Shown in pieces: positions 52,501 to 61,500 of a stretch of DNA of 64,000 nt. The position numbers were made by a program, and so were the translations under genes. Source of the stretch: Amoebophrya sp. A120 (Eukaryota > Protista > Dinoflagellata); NCBI GenBank assembly GCA_905178155.1, contig CAJINV010000020.1, positions 806,001-870,000 on the forward strand, written 5' to 3'. Numbering within the stretch: the first letter of the stretch is position 1; the number at the start of each line of letters is the position of its first letter. The notes beneath the pieces are model-generated. The model worked only from the letters and a program-made list of their open reading frames with translations. It ran no database searches and was not told the origin of the DNA.

Positions 52501-55500
52501 CATAGCTATTCGCACCTGGAATCCGTACAAAATTTGTCATGCAATGGATAGCGGCTCTTGGTCTTGCTTTTGCGTTTGCCGGTTAGGTCGATACTTACAA
52601 AACTAACAGGAGGCCTTGGCGTTAGTACATTGTTGAGATTGTTCCACCAGCTGAGCAGGGCATAGGTTCCGACTTCGGTATTTTCTTCGACTACGACCGT
52701 CTCGGTTACGACGTCTGGCGCCGCCCCCACAACCGCAGAACTTCCACAGCTGACGTCTACAACCTGGGCGGATTCGAGTACCACGTCAAACGCGGAAACT
52801 GCGACGAGCTCGGTGAAAAGCAGTACAACCTGGACTGACAGCACCACGGCCTTGCAACTTACCGTGTCTTCTGCTGGTCTTGCGACCACAACCAGTTTGG
52901 CGATCACGAGCCCACCGGACTGGTACGAGAGTGCACAACGAGCTGCGGCTCCCGTTCAGAGTCAATTTGCATTTGTCACGCACAGTCGTGATCCCTGTGC
53001 GTGCCTGTCCCATATCCAAGCGATAGAAATAGAACTACAAAGCACTGTCTTGCATAGCAAGCTCAAGCTGCAGTGCATGCCCCACCCTGAAGGGCACTGC
53101 AATCTTCTGGCCGGGGATTTGTGATACAGCAGGCACTGTAGCTGTGCCGTTGCTTCTGATTCTGTTGCTGGTGCTAGGAAGTACTTATATGCAGTTCGAA
53201 TGAAGGAGATGGAAAACAAGCAGGAAAACCAGTTTCATCAGTTGTACCCTCTCATACCTGGTCCTCCGGCAGTCCTGACGCTACCGCGACAAAGATTTTC
53301 CCGGCCAGCACGACGAGATTTGCCACGACGACGGGGAACGCCGTGCTGGGGGACGGTTCTTCTCCGACCACCATTAGCCCGTTTTGGACCCCGCATGATC
53401 CGGGAGCATCTTCAACTACAGGCACTGGTGCGGACGAGATGTTCACAACGGGGATCTTTTCTTCGTCCACAAACGGCCCAGTACCGTCCACCACCGGGCC
53501 GGAATTTACGACGTCGCCGGCACCGGCTGGTAGTACGACTCAGAGCATGATCCCCGGAGATGAAACGCTCTCGGTTTCCGCGACCGTGGCACCGACGACG
53601 CGGACGGATTTGCCGGATGCGACGACGTCGCCGGCGGGCAGCAACACGGCGTCTTCTCCGTCGACAGACTGGACGGTAAAACCTACCGCAGCGTCAACTT
53701 TGACTGCAGCCTCAACTTTATATTCGACGAGGACAACCAAAACGGAGGTCACAACCGCACCGGGCACGACGCATTTCGATTCCGGTAGCAGTGTAATTCC
53801 AACAGTGAATCCGACACAGCCAACAACAGAGACCTTATCTAGCACCGTTTTGAGCACCAGCACAGAAGTCCGCACATCGTCCACGACTTCACCCGCGCCG
53901 CCGACGACCGAAGTGCAGACGGTGTCGAGCGTGTCGACCGCGGAGCCTGGGTTGTCCACAACGAATGAACCAGCTTCCACCACAATTTTGCTTTCCACGT
54001 TTACGACGCGCGAGCGGGAAACAACGACGCCAGCCGTGACGACAGATTTGCTTTCCTCGTCCCCAGGGGGGAGTGGCACGACCGGGCTTGTGTCCAGCGG
54101 GGCTACAACTTCCCCACCGGAAAGCCCCTCCACGACCATGTCATCGACTTCGAGTACGACTAAGGCGGGTAGCACAACTGCAGCCACCACCTTCACCGTT
54201 TCCCCCGAGGGGGCGGGGCCCACCGTGACGCCGGATGCTGGTGGGACTACTCCGCCGACCACGTGGAGCGTTTCCACGACCGTGTTTTCTTCCACGAAAA
54301 CGTTTTCCCCGGCGGAAACCACTTCAAAAACGCCTCGGACGACAAAGGCGCCGGTAGGGGGAGACTCGACCTCAGGCTCGTCCACCGCGTCGACGACGGC
54401 AGGAAAACCCACGACGCACAAATATGCAGCGCAAAAGTGTCGTAGCACTGCTTGGAGAAAAATTGGAATTTGAAGTGTCGTAGACGTAGCAGCATAAATT
54501 GCATTGGAGAAAAAATGGAATTTGATGTAATGCTTACTAAAAGAAAGAGGTAGTGCTAGTGCAGAGGCGAGTAGATCTCTCATGCAATACTGGTATACAG
54601 ATTTGCATTTGCATGAGTTCGAGCTCGAAAGTACGATACTTTTCCACTGCATAACAAGCCGGTGGAGACCACTACCGTGTCTCCCTTGACCACTTCCTCG
54701 GAGCCGACCTCCACATTGCCTTCCACAGCCAGCCCGAGGACGCCCGAAAGCAGTAGCCAGCCAAGCACCGAAACGGCGAAGACGACGGCGCACCCGTGGA
54801 CGACCACCACGAACGAAGTCACGACCACGGGCGTGACAGCGACCACAGGACCGGAATTTCTTTCCACGGTTACGTCATCCTATCAACTGCAAAAATGTCT
54901 GGGTCTGGAAACTTGTGATGCAAAAAGTGGATGATAGCCGGACTGCAATACGCAGCTATGCATCACAAATTTTCTGGCTGCCATGTCTTACGTATTCCGC
55001 ATGGCAAGCTGCGTTTTTGCATAACAGGTAAGAGGGTCGCTTCGTGCCTATGCAACACAGATTCTCGGATCATGCCAGACAAGCATGACAAACTTGCATT
55101 CTTCCAGACCCAGACATTTTTACATATGATGCATCCCGCACGGTGTCAACAAATTCGTCCACCACGTCCGATTTGCCAAGTACGACGAGAGAATTCGTTT
55201 CGTCCACCACTTTTAGCGCCACCACGTCGTCTCCTGCCGCGAGCAGCACAACTCCGGATTATAGTCACAGCAGCGCCACGGCAGTTTCCTCTACGGGTAG
55301 CACCACGCGGCCGGACTTCCTGGACACGACAATAGCGCCCCAGACGAGCACGACGCTGCCACGCGTCACGACGGGGCCCGATTTTCTGCAAACGACTCCG
55401 GAAAGCTCCAGTTCGACCACACCGAGCGTGACGACTACGCCCAAGGCAGAGGACTCGAAGACGAGTAAGGAACACAAATTTATTTTTGCCGTATACGTCG

Positions 55501-58500
55501 TACAAGTTGCATGGAAAATTTGATCGACCGGAGGACTGAAGCTTTTCATGCTGAGTGTTGTGATGTTGTGGTGGTCGGGCACTATCTAAAGGTTGTGTCA
55601 TGCATTCATCTTGTTGGCGTGTACGGAGTGCATTTCGTGTGGATAACGACTGGGGCGACCCCTGCGTCAACAACCTACACGCCGATACACTCAACCTCGT
55701 CGCCCGCGCCGAGTACAGGAACGGGCCCGGGTATGGCGAGTAGAAAAAAGTTCGTCGTCGTCACAAATGACACGCAGCTTCGTTTTGCTTTTGCATGAGA
55801 TGGAGATTGACAATTTTTTTTGCATTGCAGCCAAAATGAACTAGACAGACCGAAAAGTCCGGATCAGATCATGTGACTGTGATGCATTCGCTCGGTGCAT
55901 GATAAGATGACTGTGTTGCAAGTTGTAGACTGCCGATGGGAGGTGATCGCGACGAAGTTTTTTTGTTTGATATCTTGCTCGGGGGAAGAGAATCACAACA
56001 GCACGACGATGAGGTCGACGACATCTTCGGTGGAGACGATTCCGACGACAGTAATATCCACCACTACAGTGTTCTCGTCTACTTTCCTTTCGTCCAGCAC
56101 GAGATCTACTACGAGCAGTTCGGATCCTTTCGCCAACCAGACACCGAACTCGACGCGGGTGCCGGCAACGAAAACCGACGCAACCACGAGGTACTCCAGC
56201 ACCACTTTACCGCTAAAAGACGATACGACCGCGCCCTTCAGATCGAGCATGTTCACAACACCGCCCCCGCCGGTGACGGTCACGCTAACGCCGAACTCGA
56301 CGAGCTTGCCCTCGACAAAAGCGCCTGAAACGACGCAATTCTCGAGCACAAGGGATCCATCGGTAGAAACGACCGCGCCTTTCAGGTCGAGCCCTAGCAC
56401 GACGCCAGGGGGAGCTACAGTAACGCACCAAACGCCAAATTCGACCAGTTTACCGTCGACAAAACCGCCCCTAACCACGAAGTACGCGAGTACGACGGTG
56501 CCGGTGGAGGGAACTTATGCAATGCAAAAGCATCGTACTAGTATAAATCGCAATACAAATTTTATCAGGAGGAAAAATGGTGTTTGTAATGCTGATTTGG
56601 CTAAGAAACAAGATTTGTCATGGATAAATGCAACTGCTACGAGTGCGATACTTTTGCACTGGATAGAACTACAGCGCCTTTCCGATCGAGCACGGGCACG
56701 TTCTCGTCGAGCCAATCACAAACTATCACGCTGACGCCCAATTCGACGAGCTTGCCGTCGACAAAACTTCCGGTGACGACAAAACATTCGAGCACCAGCA
56801 CGGGAAGTAGTCCCACAGACGACCACTCGACTGCCAGATCGAGCACTAGCACGTCCACGACGACGTCGTTGAGTGTTACACTGACGCCGAATTCGACAAC
56901 GATAGGCACAACGCATATTTTTACGACTGGAAATACGACCACGACGACCACAACGTGTATGACAAGGGAAGCAAGTAGTCGGATGAAACTCAAAGTCAAA
57001 CAACTTTTCCTTTTTGTGACTTCCCTATGCTTCTTGGGGGAGAAACTATGACTATTTTGATTGCGGGTGCTGGTTTTGCGCCTCCTGCATATGCGCATGA
57101 GAGAGCAGATACGACGAGTGCTGCCAGATTATAGTTCGATCAATCGCTGTGCTGGCCTCACGCTTTCGATAGCATTGTCATCTGTACGTAGAAGGAGCAA
57201 GTGCGCGATCAGTGAATTTGCAGCTGCGTCTGTTCCGGAGGCGCAATAGACTCTGCCTGCCCGTGTTTTAGTTTTACGGGCAGTTGTTAGTTGTGTTTGT
57301 CATTGAGTTGACATCTCATTTGCTTTGCATACCCCCGACCACGACCACGACGACGACATCGACTACAACCACGACATCGTCGACGACCTCCACCGTTACT
57401 GCGGAAATCACTAGCACCAGTACAACTTCTGCCAGTGGCACTAGTACTTCAAGTGGTACGACAACAGCATCAGCAACGGCTTCCACCAGCAGTACAACAA
57501 CTTCTAGTACCTCAACGTCAACGTCTTCTTCTTCGGAAGAAATCGGGGGGAGCAGTACGCCGCACAAAACCAGCAGTAGTACCGCGACAGTGTCGACATC
57601 ATCAACTACAGGGACCGGAACGGGGACGGAGAGTAGCACTGCGAGTAGCACAACCACAACTGGTACAACTAGCTCGACGACTTCATCTAGTAGTACCACA
57701 ACCACAACCGTTACAACTAGCTCGACGACTTCATCTAGTACTAGCACGACTACAACTGTTACAACTAGCTCGACGACTTCATCTAGGAGCACCACAACCA
57801 CAACCGTTACAACTAGCTCGACGACTTCATCTAGTAGTAGCACGACCACAACTGTTACAACTAGCGCTACGTCAACTAGTACCGAGCCGGAATTTCTGTC
57901 GACGACAACGACCACCAAGCCGGAATTTCTGTCTACGAGCACAACAGAGACGGCGTCAACCACAACCACCTACACCTCAGCTGCTACTTCATCCACCACG
58001 ACCACCGGCGGCACGCCGGTTGCTATATTAGAGACCACTACGTCAACAGAAACTCACACTGGCGCTGTGACAACTTCAACTGTTTCCTCTTCTACAATCA
58101 CTGAGACCACGCCGTCGGAGCAGGAGACCACTAGTAGCACTTTGTCGAGCACAAGCTCAAGCACAGCTTCGAGTACAACTAGCACTTCTTCGTCTTCAAG
58201 AACATCGTCGTCGACAAGCACGACATCTCGTACCACAACGGAAACGGAAAGTACAACAACCGGAACCGCTTCGCCGACTTCTAGTTCTAGTGGTGCGCAG
58301 ACCTCGGCGTCGACTTCTTCTGCAACTTCGACAAAAAGGGAAACCACCACGGCGACGGGTACTACGACAACGGAAACCACCACGACCTCGAGCAGTTCAA
58401 CTGCGACGGAAACGGTGACTGACAGTACCACAACAGAAGCAGAGAAAACCACCACGGGCACTGGTACTACGACAACGGAAACCACCACGACCTCGAGCAG

Positions 58501-61500
58501 TTCAACTGCGACGGAAACGGTGACTGACAGTACCACAACAGAAGCAGATAAAACCACCACGGGCACTGGTACGATAACGAGTAGCACTAGCAGTACTACA
58601 TCACCAACATCTGCACCAGTTTCATCCAGTTTGTCAAGTTCTAGTAGTGCACTATCGACTTCGACGAGCTCGGAAACTGCTACAGCCAGCGAGACGGAAA
58701 CTGTGAGCAGTAGAAGCAGCTCTACTACGACATCTTCAACGTCGACGGAGCAAGTGTCTACAACTACATCCACAAAGGCGTTGCCTGAGACAAGTCTGCC
58801 CAGCACTCCCAGCACCCCGCAGACCCATACTTGGAGTGGCGTCGAGACCAGCACGGTGACTAGCACTACAAGCTCGAGCACCGGCACGGCTTCAACGAGC
58901 ACAGGCACTACCTTGCCGCCATTTCCCACCATGCCTACCAGGCCAAGCACTCCCAGCACCCCGCAGACGCATACTTGGAGCGGCGTCGAGACGGTGACTA
59001 GCACAAGTTCCAGCACGACCGAGACCACGGCGACAACTTCTACAAGAACTTCAACTACATCCACACCAGCTGCTACTTCTACCACGACCACAGGCGGCAC
59101 GCCGGTTGCTATCTTGGAAAGCACTACAACAACTTCGGGCACAAGCACCGCGGTCCCCGTAATAACCATACCCGTTATACCGACTCTCCCCAGCACTCAC
59201 AGCACCCCGCAGACGCATACTTGGAGCGGCGTCGAGACTTCTACGGCGACTAGCAGCACAGAGACCTCCACCTCAGTTGCTACTTCTACCACGACAGGCG
59301 GCACGCCGGTTGCTATACTAGAAAGCACTAGTACGACAACGGCGGGCACGAGCACCGCGGTCCCCGTGATAACCATACCCGTCATCCCGACTCTCCCAAG
59401 CACGCACAGCACTCCGCAGACGCACACTTGGAGCGGGGTCGAGACGGTGACTAGCACTACAAGTTCGAGCACAGAACCGGCTTCAACAAGCACAGGCACT
59501 ACCTTGCCGCCGTTTCCCACCCTGCCTACTAGGCCAAGCACTGGCACCACCCCGCACACGCACACGTGGAGCGGCGTCGAGACGGTGACTAGCACGGAGA
59601 GTGCTTCAACAAGCACAGACACTACCTTTCCTCCGTTTCCCACGATGCCTACCAGGCCGAGCACTCACAGCACCCCGCAGTCGCATACTTGGAGCGAGGC
59701 CGAGACAGTGACCAGCACAAGAAGCTCGAGCGCACCGACAACCAGCACGACCACGAGCGAGGCGAAAACGAGCCGCGAGCTGTTGGAATCCAGTTTGCGG
59801 CCGACGACGTCAATGTTTGTGACGACAACGGGCTCGGCGCTGCCCTTTGTTGGTACGTCGACGACCACTACGGAAAAAGCGGTGCTTCCCGGCGGGCAGA
59901 CGACCAGCACGGAGGAGCCCTGGTCTTGGAGCAGTAGCACAACTTCTAGCACATCTAGTGGGGAGGAATCAACATCGACTTCGAGCACGAAAAGCAGGAC
60001 CGGGACCACGACTGGCACAGGTACCGCTCCCGACACGGGTCCGCCTGGGCAAACTTCGCTGTCTAGTAGAAGTGCCACTACGTCGTCTACTAGTAGTTCT
60101 AGTACATCGAGTTCTACCACAGAAAAAGGCGTGCTTCCCGGCGGGCAGACAACGGCCACGACCGGCCCCTGGTCCTCGCCGGGCAGCAGTACAACTACGA
60201 CCGAAAGTGGCGATGTTGTTGAGTCGTCTTCAACTAAAACCGGAACAAGGCCAAGTGGTGGCCTCGGAACATCCTCGCTACCTCCTACTCCCTCATCGAC
60301 AAGGACAACGTCCACGTCAACAACTGAAAAAGGCGTGCTTTCGGGAGGGCAGACAACTGAAACTACAGCGCCGTGGTCGTGGAGCAGCACGACGACCTCC
60401 GAAAGTGGCGGCGTGGTTCAGTCATCAAGTACGAGTGCTGGAACTACGAGTGGTGGCCCCGAGCAGAGGACCACGACGTCGCTACCACCTCCTGCTTCTT
60501 CCACATCCACAGTATCAACAGCCTCAACTACTGAAAAGGGCGTGCTTATGGATCTGTCAGGATCGAAATCGTCAAAGTTGAAATGATTTGTCATGCATAA
60601 AATGCAGCCCACAAAGTGTCTGTCTTGCAGAGTAGGCAAGTGAGGCAGATTGTAAGCCTGTCGAGGGGTAGAAACTGAGGCGCTAAAGTAGCACGACAAA
60701 AGGCGTCTTCCTTACCCAAACAGCATGACAAACTGGATATCGGTTCTACCCAAATTTGCCATGCGCCACTTAGAAACTGGATTTCAAGTGGCATCCATTT
60801 TATGCATGACAAACTATTTCAACTTTGACGATTTCAAACCTGACGCTTCCATAGTGCTTTCCGGAGGGCGGACAACGGCGACGACAGAGCCGTGGTTGTG
60901 GAGCAGCACGACTATGACAGTGCACAACTCCCCCTCCCCCTCCTTTGTAATGCAAAATCCCAAATCCAGTTGCAGTTGGTGCCTTGTGGCACTGTTTGCA
61001 TTACAAATTCCGGAAGCCCAAACAGTAGTACAATAAATGTAATGCAAAATCCCAAATCCAGTTGGATTGGTGCCTTGTGGCACTGTTTGCATTACAAATT
61101 CCGGAAGCCCAAACAGTTACAGTACTACAATCGGGACGTGGGGTTGTCATGCACAGGCCCCACGTTTGTTCGTTGGTGGTTGTGATGGTGCTACTCATGC
61201 AATACAAATGAGGGGGAGGGGGAGTTGTGCACTCTGATAACGACGACCAGCACCGCAGTAGTAGCGGGGTCTTCCTCGACGACCACGGAAAAAGGTGGTG
61301 GTGGCGGTGCTCCTACTTCTACTACCCCCAGTAGCACCGCAACAACCCGGCCCCGGCCCGTAACAACGACGCAGACGGGAGGGGGAATTATTATACCGGA
61401 AACCGGGCTGCCAACGACGTCGAGACGGCCATTTACTTCGCGCCCGAGGCCGCAGACAGGTTCGAGCACGACGAAGCCACTGTTGTTTCCTATCATCAGT

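Noticed and set aside
18091-55131. Recurring GTCTGGGTCTGGAA repeats as a CRISPR array, or LSNVKMSGSG as a protein motif
   Set aside because: They are dispersed inverted element ends; the peptide is read-through into the element.
57316-60390. Long Val-rich minus-strand ORFs
   Set aside because: Antisense shadows of Thr/Ser codon repeats in the mucin exon.
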